A stretch of DNA of 64,000 nucleotides, taken from the NCBI GenBank assembly GCA_002010065.2, contig MTMD02000002.1, forward strand, positions 192,001 through 256,000, in the 5' to 3' direction. The position numbers were made by a program, and so were the translations under genes. Shown one piece after another: positions 31,555 through 40,473 of this stretch (position 1 is the first letter of the stretch; every line of letters starts with the position of its first letter). Origin of the DNA: Candidatus Pyrohabitans jungbluthii. Its GTDB lineage: Archaea; Hydrothermarchaeota; Hydrothermarchaeia; Hydrothermarchaeales; BMS3B. Under the pieces are notes generated by a model that was given only the letters and a program-made list of their open reading frames with translations, made no database searches and was not told the DNA's origin.

Positions 31555-33174
31555 ATGATAAGGGTGACATTGTTAAGACATTGGCCGCTAATTATATCAG
31601 TGGGATTCCTTTTGGCAATAATAGCGGTATTGCTAAATGCTTCTCTTATTTATACTCATGGACATCTTGTCTACGCTCTTGATGACCCTTATATTCACAT
31701 GGCTATGGCAAAAAATTTTGCTCAACATGGGGTTTGGGGTGTGACTAAATATGAGTTTTCATCCTCATCCTCATCGTTACTTTATCCATTATTGCTATTC
31801 GTAATATTTTTCTTATTTGGGGTAAACGAAGCTGTTCCGCTTGTATTAAATGTTGTATTTGCAACACTCACAACGTATCTGATTTATATTTTACTTAAAC
31901 AATACAAATTTCCATCCATCTACAATTTTATTGTTCTGCTCTCGATAATATTCTTCACACCTTTTCCTGCGATTATATTTACCGGTATGGAACATATGTT
32001 ACACACACTCATCACAATTTTCTTTGCTTATCTTTCTGCTAAAATTTTATCAAAAGAGCGTTCTGATTTAAATAAAGAATTTTCATTTTTGCTAATATTA
32101 GCACCTTTACTACCCATGACTCGGTATGAGGGGTTGTTTTTGGTGATGGCTGTGAGCACCTTATTCATTATGAGGAAGCGGTTGCTTGAATCCTTCCTGT
32201 TGATCTCACTAAGTCTTGTCCCAATTGTAATATACGGTTTAATCTCGATCTCTAATGGATGGTATTTCTTCCCAAATTCAATTCTTATTAAAAATAATAT
32301 ACCTGTAATTTCTTCTGTAGGCATTTGGAATTTTATTTATCTATTTATTACTCGAATATCAGAATCCCACATTTTAATTCTCATATTTACCACTTCAATT
32401 CTTTTTATTCTGAAATTTATCAGGTCAAATACTCTCTGGAGAGAGCAAACGATCCTCCTTTTTATTTTTATTACGACTGCCTTTTTGCATATGTTATTTG
32501 CGAAGACTGGATGGTTCTATAGATATGAAGCCTACTTAATTGCCTTTGGTATATTTACCATCGCTCTAGAGGTACGGGAATATCTACCAGAAAAGCTATT
32601 GTTTGACAAATATTTAATTCCGAAATACATAGCAATGATACTACTTATCTTTCTCTTTATCTCACCATTTGCAATAAGGGGATATGTATCTTCAATAATT
32701 ACACCTCTTGCTACAAAAAATATCTATGAACAGCAGTATCAAATGGCTTTATTCCTTAAAGAATTCTATCAGGGAGAAACTGTTGCTGCAAATGATATCG
32801 GTACAATCAACTTTATAGCAGATATTAAATGCTTGGATTTAAAGGGTTTAGGTAGTTTAGAAGTAGCTAAAGCAAAAAGAGAGAGTTCTTATAATACTGA
32901 GTACATATACAAGTTAGCGAAGAACGAAGACGTAAAGATCGCAATTGTTTATGACCATTGGTTTGAGTCGTATGGTGGGCTTCCTCCCCAATGGATTAAG
33001 GTTGGAGAATGGAAAATCTCAAATAACGTGGTATGCGGAGGAGATACTGTTTCATTCTATGCAGTTGATCCTGAGGAGGAGGATAGATTGATCGAAAGCC
33101 TAAGAATATTTTCTTCAAAATTGCCAAAAAATGTTAAACAGATGGGAAAATACATTGAAATTAAACAAAAATAG
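31555..33174 (+). CDS. GT-C-fold glycosyltransferase (arabinofuranosyltransferase-like)
   Basis: LDDPYIH.A.AKN after TM1, SSSS.L, GME, TRYEG and D.G...F..D....D..GL motifs. Confidence 0.7.
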   Translation: MIRVTLLRHWPLIISVGFLLAIIAVLLNASLIYTHGHLVYALDDPYIHMAMAKNFAQHGVWGVTKYEFSSSSSSLLYPLLLFVIFFLFGVNEAVPLVLNVVFATLTTYLIYILLKQYKFPSIYNFIVLLSIIFFTPFPAIIFTGMEHMLHTLITIFFAYLSAKILSKERSDLNKEFSFLLILAPLLPMTRYEGLFLVMAVSTLFIMRKRLLESFLLISLSLVPIVIYGLISISNGWYFFPNSILIKNNIPVISSVGIWNFIYLFITRISESHILILIFTTSILFILKFIRSNTLWREQTILLFIFITTAFLHMLFAKTGWFYRYEAYLIAFGIFTIALEVREYLPEKLLFDKYLIPKYIAMILLIFLFISPFAIRGYVSSIITPLATKNIYEQQYQMALFLKEFYQGETVAANDIGTINFIADIKCLDLKGLGSLEVAKAKRESSYNTEYIYKLAKNEDVKIAIVYDHWFESYGGLPPQWIKVGEWKISNNVVCGGDTVSFYAVDPEEEDRLIESLRIFSSKLPKNVKQMGKYIEIKQK

Positions 33175-33184
33175 GGGCAGATAC

Positions 33185-34318
33185 ATGAAAAAATCAAGAA
33201 TTGCGGTGTTAAAAACATCACCTGGAAGGATCTTGGAGGACTACTCCAAATTGATGCGTATGATAGAATATGGAAAATTTTTATCTAAAGATGTGAAAAC
33301 AATTTTAAAACTCAATTTATCTTGGACTTTATTTTTTCCAGCATGCTCCACACCGCCATGGCAGCTTGAAGGTATACTGAAAACTCTAAAAGAAGATGGA
33401 TACAATGATGTTTTGGCTGTGGAAAATCAAACTGTGGTAACACATCCCTGGAAAGGTGCTTATTATAACAAATGGCTTCCTATTCTCAAGCAATATAAAA
33501 CTAGGTTCCTACCATTGACAGATGTGGAGTGGGTAAATTATGAACCCAAAACAGAGATGCTTGCTATGAAAGATATATTCGAAAAAATATTAATACCAAA
33601 AATTTTAATCGGAAGCAATATAATTCATTTACCAACAATTAAGACACATGGGCACACGACCACGACCGGAGCGATGAAAAATGCTTTTGGCGGTTTAATA
33701 CCGAAATATAGGCATCACGCGCACCTGAAGATACATGAAGTCCTCGTTGATTTATTAGCTATTCAGAAAGAGATCCATAAAGGAATTTTTGCAGTTATGG
33801 ATGGTTGTGTTTGCGGAAACGGTGCAGGTCCAAGAACTATGGAGCCTTTTATTGGTAATATAATACTAGCAGGTGGAGATCAAGTAGCTATAGATGCAGT
33901 AGCCGCAAAGATAATGGGATTTGATCCTATGGAAGTGGATTACATTAAAATAGCCCATGATAGAGGATTAGGAGTTGGAGATATTGACCAGATCGAAATT
34001 ATTGGTATTGATAAAAAAGATCTCGAAAAACTAAACTTTGGTTTCATAACAAAAAAAAGCCTGGTAATTAAATGGGATCAGATATTAAGAAAGAATACGG
34101 CAAAAATCAAATGGATACATTATCTTCTGTTTTACTCTCCCATATTTAAATTTTTTATCTTTTTATCAGAATTGTATCATGATTGGATTTGGTATAATTT
34201 AATCGGAAAAAGAAAAATAAAGCAGTTTATGATAACTGAGTGGGGAAAATTATTTAGCAAATACGAATACGGCGAATTTCCAAAATTTAAGGAAGTTAAA
34301 GACTGGAACCCTTATTAA
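33185..34318 (+). CDS. DUF362-domain protein
   Basis: KLNLSW, P.CST.P, PT.KTH....TGAMKN.FG, MDG...G.G.GP and D.VAIDAV..KIMGFDP motifs. Start reassigned to ATG 33185. Confidence 0.82.
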   Translation: MKKSRIAVLKTSPGRILEDYSKLMRMIEYGKFLSKDVKTILKLNLSWTLFFPACSTPPWQLEGILKTLKEDGYNDVLAVENQTVVTHPWKGAYYNKWLPILKQYKTRFLPLTDVEWVNYEPKTEMLAMKDIFEKILIPKILIGSNIIHLPTIKTHGHTTTTGAMKNAFGGLIPKYRHHAHLKIHEVLVDLLAIQKEIHKGIFAVMDGCVCGNGAGPRTMEPFIGNIILAGGDQVAIDAVAAKIMGFDPMEVDYIKIAHDRGLGVGDIDQIEIIGIDKKDLEKLNFGFITKKSLVIKWDQILRKNTAKIKWIHYLLFYSPIFKFFIFLSELYHDWIWYNLIGKRKIKQFMITEWGKLFSKYEYGEFPKFKEVKDWNPY

Positions 34319-34344
34319 GAAGTTGTCAACAAGCTATTCATAAT

Positions 34345-34581
34345 TCAAAGATTAGCTATCTCCTCCTTTACACTGTTCTGCGTAACTTTTCCCGTGAGAA
34401 TCACACTTTCGTTTGTTTTTTCAGCGGTTGTTTTTGCTATTTCTTTGTAAATTGGTATGAATATAATTGCAGCTACAATAATGGCACCAGCAATAAGTAT
34501 GTACTCTACTGCTCCCTGTGCTTTTGTTTCCAAAGCAAAACTGTAAATGTTCTTTATAATAAAATCTTTAAATGATGCCAT
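34345..34581 (-). CDS. Type IV pilin-like protein with class III signal peptide
   Basis: KA|QGAVEY followed by a hydrophobic helix (Q+1, E+5); NES sequon. Confidence 0.88.
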   Translation of the reverse strand: MASFKDFIIKNIYSFALETKAQGAVEYILIAGAIIVAAIIFIPIYKEIAKTTAEKTNESVILTGKVTQNSVKEEIANL

Positions 34582-34639
34582 TTGCCTCCCTACGAAATAA
34601 AAAAGTACATGCAAAAAAGAAAAAAAGGTAGTAGTTAAT

Positions 34640-34849
34640 CTAGCTAAGGTTTGCTAACTCGTTGTTTACCACATTGCCGACAACCGTAGCAGTCTCCTCG
34701 ATGGTATTCTTAGTCTTATTTCCAGCAGTCTGTGCGATATTCTTGTATATCACGAAGATAACCACTGCAGCGACTATAATGCCGCCCGCCAGCAGGATGT
34801 ACTCAATCGCGCCCTGAGCCTTTTCCTCTTTTAAAAATTTTTTTAACAT
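34640..34849 (-). CDS. Type IV pilin-like protein with class III signal peptide (probable major pilin)
   Basis: KA|QGAIEY plus hydrophobic helix; strong GGAGGTG RBS; NKT and NLS sequons. Confidence 0.9.
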   Translation of the reverse strand: MLKKFLKEEKAQGAIEYILLAGGIIVAAVVIFVIYKNIAQTAGNKTKNTIEETATVVGNVVNNELANLS

Positions 34850-34956
34850 GTTTCGGCACCTCCTGTGGGACAAGATTTAAAGAAAATTATAGTTTTGCGC
34901 CTATATATAACTCTCGGTTACGTGGATGTATATCCTGGGTTTACAGTAATGCACAG

Positions 34957-35925
34957 CTAGAAGGCGGCGAGCATCCCGGGCATAAGACTCTTTACTCCCC
35001 AGAAAACGATATATGCTACTACACCCATCGGTAGCGCGAATTTAAATCCTTTTTTAAAATCACCGTACATAACAACTCCCATCATTATCCCCCCGCTTAC
35101 AGCTTGAGCCACAACGTAGAAAGAGAGCGCTGTCATAATGGAGTTGATCTCCTCCAGTGGAAACTGCTCCGCTCCACCTGTACCAGCCATCGCCTGCGTC
35201 ATAATCGTTGGCAGCGCACCCACAACGCCCATCACGAAGGGCCCTGCCATTAAGCTAGCCATCGCAAGAAAAGAAACCTGCTGCGAAGTCAGAGACTTGC
35301 GTTCGCGCTGAATCATGCGCACTGCTCTAATGTCCTCGCTCACTTCCTCAAGTACATCGCTTATTGGGCCACCGCTTTCTATTCCTTCCAGAAGCAGACG
35401 CATCGCTCGCTCTATCTGCTTTGAGCCGGTTCGCTTGGAAAAAGCAATAAGCGCATCCTTAAGAGGTCTGCCTCTGCGCATCTCAAGGGTTATCTGAGCG
35501 AACTCGTCGCTGAGAGCGCCGTACTCTGCCTCTGCAATCTCCTGAATCACCGCTTCCAGCACCAAGCCCGTGCGGATAGAAACCGCCATGTGGTGCAACG
35601 CGTCAGGAAGCATCTCCTCTATCTCTGCCCTTCGCTTGTCTGCCTGCATTTTGGGTATTGCAACCATGAGCGCTTCTGTGAATATAAATGCCCCAAGTCC
35701 GGCAGGGAGGTTTACAATAAGCGAGATTAGCACAAAAAGCACAACTCCGAGGGCGAAGAATATACCCATCCACTCACGGGCAGAGAAAGAGATGTTTGCA
35801 TTTGCAAGCATTATCTCCATAGAGATGAGAAATCGCCTGGGAACGAGAAACTGGGGAATGCGAAGCTTTTCGAGGATACTTCGCAGCCTGTTAACCTTAA
35901 CTTCTTCTTTCTCTGCCATTTTCAC
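34957..35925 (-). CDS. Type IV pilus / T2SS F-family platform protein (TadC-like)
   Basis: LPDAL..MA...R.G, YG.LS.EF and GG...DVLE motifs with TM segments. Confidence 0.9.
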   Translation of the reverse strand: MKMAEKEEVKVNRLRSILEKLRIPQFLVPRRFLISMEIMLANANISFSAREWMGIFFALGVVLFVLISLIVNLPAGLGAFIFTEALMVAIPKMQADKRRAEIEEMLPDALHHMAVSIRTGLVLEAVIQEIAEAEYGALSDEFAQITLEMRRGRPLKDALIAFSKRTGSKQIERAMRLLLEGIESGGPISDVLEEVSEDIRAVRMIQRERKSLTSQQVSFLAMASLMAGPFVMGVVGALPTIMTQAMAGTGGAEQFPLEEINSIMTALSFYVVAQAVSGGIMMGVVMYGDFKKGFKFALPMGVVAYIVFWGVKSLMPGMLAAF

Positions 35926-37058
35926 ACCTTTGGTTCAAAGCGTTTGACCATGAAGGACATGTAGATGCCAACACCGAAAAAGGCGAGGTAGAGTATCCAC
36001 ATCACATTCGCAGGTATTGGAAGCCCCTTCATCGCTATGCCCATGGCTATTACAAGGGTTGTTATAAGCACAGGTGCCACAACAAGTGCAAACATGTACA
36101 TCAGCGAGAATGTATTCAAAATCTGTATGTAGTCTTTAAGCTTCATTCTCATCTCGGTTGCAACTTCCTCGGCAATTATCTTTAGCGTGTTTGCAAGATT
36201 TCCGCCAGTTCGCAGGGTTGAAATTATCTGGCGGGAAGCCTTCTTTAGTCCGGGTGAGTCTATGCGCAGGTTCATCCTGTCGTAGGCTTCCTCTATGGTT
36301 GCGCCGCGCTCTATTTCAAGTATTGCGCGCCTGAACTCCTCGCTGAGCACACCGTAGCCGCTCTGGGCGACGCTACGCATTGTTTCCAGCAAACCCGCGC
36401 CAGAGGTGAGTTGCGTTGCCATGTGTCTAAGCGCAAAGGGAAGTTCCCTTGAAAAGGCATCTGAGCGCGCTTTGACCTTAGATTTTGGGTAGATTCTCGC
36501 GTAGAAAAAGACGAAGACTCCAAGCAGGGGGCCCAGCACTATGCCGATGAGCGAGCCCAAAGCGCCGAGAGTGGCGGCGAAGAGTATGCTGAAGAGCACC
36601 GCGGAGGCAATAGCAACAATAACGCTCGCCCCTATCGCAAAGGCTATGTATTTGGATGCTGGCATGAGGATATTCGCCTTGTACAGGTCTTCCTGAATAT
36701 TTGCGAAGAATGACGAGGGTGCTCTTGTATAACCCGAAAAGAGGTCTGAAACAATGTTCACCAGCCTAGTGGCGAAGGGTTCGCGTAGCTCCTCACGCTC
36801 CGGAACAATCTCAAAAGGCTCCTCGCCAGGAAGCTCCTCCTCCAGGGCAACAGCCTCGCGAAGCTTAAGGAGCTTCTCTTCAATGGCGCGCTTTCTCGCC
36901 TCCTTCTCTTTTTCTTTCTTCTCCCGGAGCTTTTTTGCAGCTTCTTCCTGCTCAGATAGAGCAAGAGATACCTCCTGGGCTCTCCTGGCTACGCTCTCTA
37001 CACCGGTTACCGTCAGTTCACCTATTTTTTCTATCAGCCTTAATATTGCATTTGCCAT
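35922..37058 (-). CDS. Type IV pilus / T2SS F-family platform protein (TadB/C-like)
   Basis: ELPFALRHMATQL.SG.GL, YG.LSEEF and TGGNLA..L motifs. Confidence 0.9.
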   Translation of the reverse strand: MANAILRLIEKIGELTVTGVESVARRAQEVSLALSEQEEAAKKLREKKEKEKEARKRAIEEKLLKLREAVALEEELPGEEPFEIVPEREELREPFATRLVNIVSDLFSGYTRAPSSFFANIQEDLYKANILMPASKYIAFAIGASVIVAIASAVLFSILFAATLGALGSLIGIVLGPLLGVFVFFYARIYPKSKVKARSDAFSRELPFALRHMATQLTSGAGLLETMRSVAQSGYGVLSEEFRRAILEIERGATIEEAYDRMNLRIDSPGLKKASRQIISTLRTGGNLANTLKIIAEEVATEMRMKLKDYIQILNTFSLMYMFALVVAPVLITTLVIAMGIAMKGLPIPANVMWILYLAFFGVGIYMSFMVKRFEPKV

Positions 37059-37059
37059 C

Positions 37060-40000
37060 TTATTCCCCTATGCTCTTGTGAAGTTCAATCTCCTGCAGAA
37101 AGCCTTCGGGGTCTGAGTAGTACCTGTTGAATGTCTTCGAGACATCTCTTATGTCTGTTATATGATTCTCAACCATCCATGATAAGACTTTCTCCCTTCG
37201 CTTGAGCTCTTCCTCCAGGTCTTTCATGGAAATACCTTTCAAGCGGGCGATTTTCTGCTTCAGCACGCTTGGCTGCCCAGTCGCTACCAGGTCGTCCTTC
37301 TTGGGGTCCCACTCATAAACGTTGTTGAGGCTCACCTTTCCCTGATCGTCACTCACCACCTCTGCCACTTCGGTTATTCTTCGCAGAGTCTTGCCCTCGT
37401 GGTAAATCTTGTTCTGCATGAGTATTAAATCGAGGGCGGGGAGCATTATCTCGGGCACCTCCATGGGCGGGTTTGTGAGCCTTATCAGGGTCTCCTTGGC
37501 AGAGTTCGCGTGCACAGTGCCCATGCAGCCATCATGACCAGTGTTCATGGCAGTGAAGAGCGTCCTCGCCTCGCGTCCGCGAACCTCGCCCACAATAATG
37601 CGGTCAGGACGCATTCGTAGCGTGTTCTTCACCAAGTCGTCCATTGTAACCTCGCCCTCACCCTCAACGTTGGGCGGGCGTGTCTCGAGGCGAACTACAT
37701 GCTCAATCGGAAGTGTAAGCTCTGCGGTATCTTCAATGGTTATTACACGCTCAGTCTCGGGTATGAAGGAACACAGCACGTTGAGCGTTGTTGTCTTACC
37801 ACAGCCTGCACCTCCGGCGGCGAGAATATTGCCCGGCTTTATCCCCAGCCCTTCCACCACCAACCACAGGTAGGCAGCCACCTCTATGTTCAAGGTGCGG
37901 AACTCTATGAGGTTCACCACTGTCAAAGGCTGCGAGCGGAACTTTCTTATTGTTATTGTAGGCCCATCTAGGGAAATTGGGGGTATGGTTGCGTTCACAC
38001 GCGAGCCATCACTGAGACGGGCGTCCAGCAGCGGCGAAGATTTGTCTATCCTTCTTCCAACAGATGCAGCGATCTTCTCGATTATTCTTATTATCTCCTC
38101 ATCTGTATCAAAGACAATGTTTGTTTTGCAGTTTCCGTAATTGCGGTGGTTAACATAGACCGGCTTCTTCGTGCCTATGACCATTATCTCCTCAAGCTGG
38201 TCGTCGCTGAGCAGAAACTCAAGTAAGCTATAGCCCACCATGTTGTTGACCACAAGCTTGGCTATGTCCTTGCGCTTGGCCATGCGCACTTCTGGGAAGT
38301 AGCGCTCTATGACCTCGAGAACACGCTGCATGAATATTCGCTTTCTCTCCTCTCTGTCGGTTATGCTTTCCGGGTCTATGTTTATCTCCTTTACCGCGCG
38401 ATTCTCTATCTCCTCCAGGAGCTGCTTTTCGCGAGAGGAGAGCTTGGGTAAGGGCACGAGGTAGTGGGGATTTTTCTCATTCTCCAACTTCACTATCTTA
38501 CGATGTGCATTGTGGTCAAGCACTGTCTCCTTTACGTCTCCCTTCTCTGAACCCAAGAGAAGCAGATAGCTTCGCCTCCGCCTCTTTGCCTCCTCTTCTC
38601 CCACCTCTTTATCAGACTCTATCCCCTCAATCTCCTTGAGAAGCTGCTCGGGGTTAGTGTAATACTCCCTTATTACCCTCCCCACCTCCTTAATGCCGCG
38701 CAAGTTGTTCTCGACCATGTACTCCAGAACCTTTTTCCTGCGCTCTATCTCGGCGTCCACATCCTTAAGTGAGACGCCGCGAAGCTCTGCGATTTTGCTC
38801 TTTAAAAGGCAGGGCACTCCAGTGGGCTTTATGGTGTCATCGCGGGGGTCCCACTCGTAGATTATGTTTATTTTTACCTCTCCGTTTTCGATTCCAACAA
38901 CCTCGGCGATCTCAGTTATCCTTCTCACCGTCTTGCCCTTGTAGGAGAAGCGGTTCTGCATGAAGATGAAGTCAAGAGAGGGGATCATTATTTTTGGCAC
39001 ATTCATTGGCGCAGAGGTGAGCCTGGTTATGGTCTCTCGCGCTGTGTTCGCGTGCAGCGTGCCTAGGCAGCCGTTCTGCCCTGTGTTCATCGCCGCCAGC
39101 AGAGTTCTCGCCTCAGCGCCGCGCACCTCACCGACGATGATGCGATCGGGACGCATACGCAGTGTGTTCTTCAGCAGCATCTCCATGTTTATCTCGCCTT
39201 TGCCCTCCACGTTCGGTGGCCTCGTTTCGAGGCGAATCCAGTGCTCCAGAGGTAGCTGAAGCTCCGCCGTGTCTTCTATTGAGATAACCCTGTCTGCTGG
39301 GGGTATAAAGCTGCCCAGGCAGTTGAGCGTCGTCGTCTTGCCGCTGCCGGTGCCGCCGCTCACTAGGAAATTTGCAGGCTTTACGCCATAGCCCTCTGCG
39401 ACCAGCCAGAGAAAGGCCGCTAGCTCAGTGGTCATGGTGCCGAATTTTATTATGTCTACAACCGTGAGGGGGTCTTTCCTGAACTTTCTTATGGTAAGGG
39501 AAGGTCCGTCAAGAGAAACGGGACGAATAGTGGCATTTACACGCGAGCCGTCAGGGAGGCGGGCGTCGAGCAGCGGAGAGGTGAGGTCAACCCTCCTGCC
39601 GATGGTTCTCGCAATCCTATTTATTATCTTCTCAATCTCCGCGTCGCTCTCAAAGACAATGTTGGTTTTGCACATTCCGTGCTTCCTGTGGTACACGTAC
39701 ACGTGTTTTTTGGTGCCCACTACCATTACCTCTTCAAGGGCATCGTCGTTGAGCAGCGGCTCCAGTAAGCCATAGCCTATCATGTTCTGAACTATCAGCT
39801 CGGCGAAGGCGTGCTGCTTGTGCTTTGGTATATTGGGGTACTTCAGGTCAATTAGAGCCACAACTTCCTTGAGAAAAGCCTCTCTTCTCTTTTCTCTATC
39901 CAGAAAACTCTCAGGGTCAATGGTTATCTCGGCCACGGCACGACGTTCAATGTCTTTCAAAATCTTTTTGTCTTTCTCGGTTAATTCCGGCAGAAATACA

Positions 40001-40314
40001 ACGTATATTGGTAACTTTTCTCCAGGTTTTCTTACTATACGGTGGTCTTTTGCCTCCTCTAGGATCTCTCCGATCACCTCGTCACCGATTCGGCGAATTT
40101 TATCAAAGCTATCTAGGTAGCTGCCAGCCTCCTCCCTCGCAGCGTCCAGAAGACCACCAATCGAGCGCTGGGTGTGTGCTACCTCACCTCGTGTAACCTT
40201 GAAATCAAACCTATTTTTAGGGCTTTCTCCCTGAGCAGCTCCACTAAGAATTCCAGTAATATCTTTACCTTTTCCTTTTTTCTTTTTCTCAAAGTCAAAG
40301 AAGTCATAAGGCAT
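37060..40314 (-). CDS. Type IV pilus assembly ATPase (CpaF/VirB11 family) with two tandem complete ATPase modules
   Basis: Two copies each of LEE.MV.G, LLDARL.DGSRVNA, Walker A (GGTGSGKTT; GGAGCGKTT), IEDTAEL and LRMRPDRIIVGEVRG; 1084 aa. Confidence 0.95.
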   Translation of the reverse strand: MPYDFFDFEKKKKGKGKDITGILSGAAQGESPKNRFDFKVTRGEVAHTQRSIGGLLDAAREEAGSYLDSFDKIRRIGDEVIGEILEEAKDHRIVRKPGEKLPIYVVFLPELTEKDKKILKDIERRAVAEITIDPESFLDREKRREAFLKEVVALIDLKYPNIPKHKQHAFAELIVQNMIGYGLLEPLLNDDALEEVMVVGTKKHVYVYHRKHGMCKTNIVFESDAEIEKIINRIARTIGRRVDLTSPLLDARLPDGSRVNATIRPVSLDGPSLTIRKFRKDPLTVVDIIKFGTMTTELAAFLWLVAEGYGVKPANFLVSGGTGSGKTTTLNCLGSFIPPADRVISIEDTAELQLPLEHWIRLETRPPNVEGKGEINMEMLLKNTLRMRPDRIIVGEVRGAEARTLLAAMNTGQNGCLGTLHANTARETITRLTSAPMNVPKIMIPSLDFIFMQNRFSYKGKTVRRITEIAEVVGIENGEVKINIIYEWDPRDDTIKPTGVPCLLKSKIAELRGVSLKDVDAEIERRKKVLEYMVENNLRGIKEVGRVIREYYTNPEQLLKEIEGIESDKEVGEEEAKRRRRSYLLLLGSEKGDVKETVLDHNAHRKIVKLENEKNPHYLVPLPKLSSREKQLLEEIENRAVKEINIDPESITDREERKRIFMQRVLEVIERYFPEVRMAKRKDIAKLVVNNMVGYSLLEFLLSDDQLEEIMVIGTKKPVYVNHRNYGNCKTNIVFDTDEEIIRIIEKIAASVGRRIDKSSPLLDARLSDGSRVNATIPPISLDGPTITIRKFRSQPLTVVNLIEFRTLNIEVAAYLWLVVEGLGIKPGNILAAGGAGCGKTTTLNVLCSFIPETERVITIEDTAELTLPIEHVVRLETRPPNVEGEGEVTMDDLVKNTLRMRPDRIIVGEVRGREARTLFTAMNTGHDGCMGTVHANSAKETLIRLTNPPMEVPEIMLPALDLILMQNKIYHEGKTLRRITEVAEVVSDDQGKVSLNNVYEWDPKKDDLVATGQPSVLKQKIARLKGISMKDLEEELKRREKVLSWMVENHITDIRDVSKTFNRYYSDPEGFLQEIELHKSIGE

Positions 40315-40473
40315 GATATCAGCCTTAAAATGATTATCTAACTCGGGGGTTATTTATAACTTATCTCCCTCATAGGTGTGCGCTTACAACCCCATGCAGC
40401 GAAGATAACGACTCCAATAAAAAGCCAAAAATATATATAGCGATGCTGGAAGAAATCTCACTGGTGATCTCAG

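Noticed and set aside
37060-40314. Intein as the explanation for the oversized ATPase
   Set aside because: The extra length is a second full ATPase module; I saw no C...HN splice junctions or LAGLIDADG motifs.
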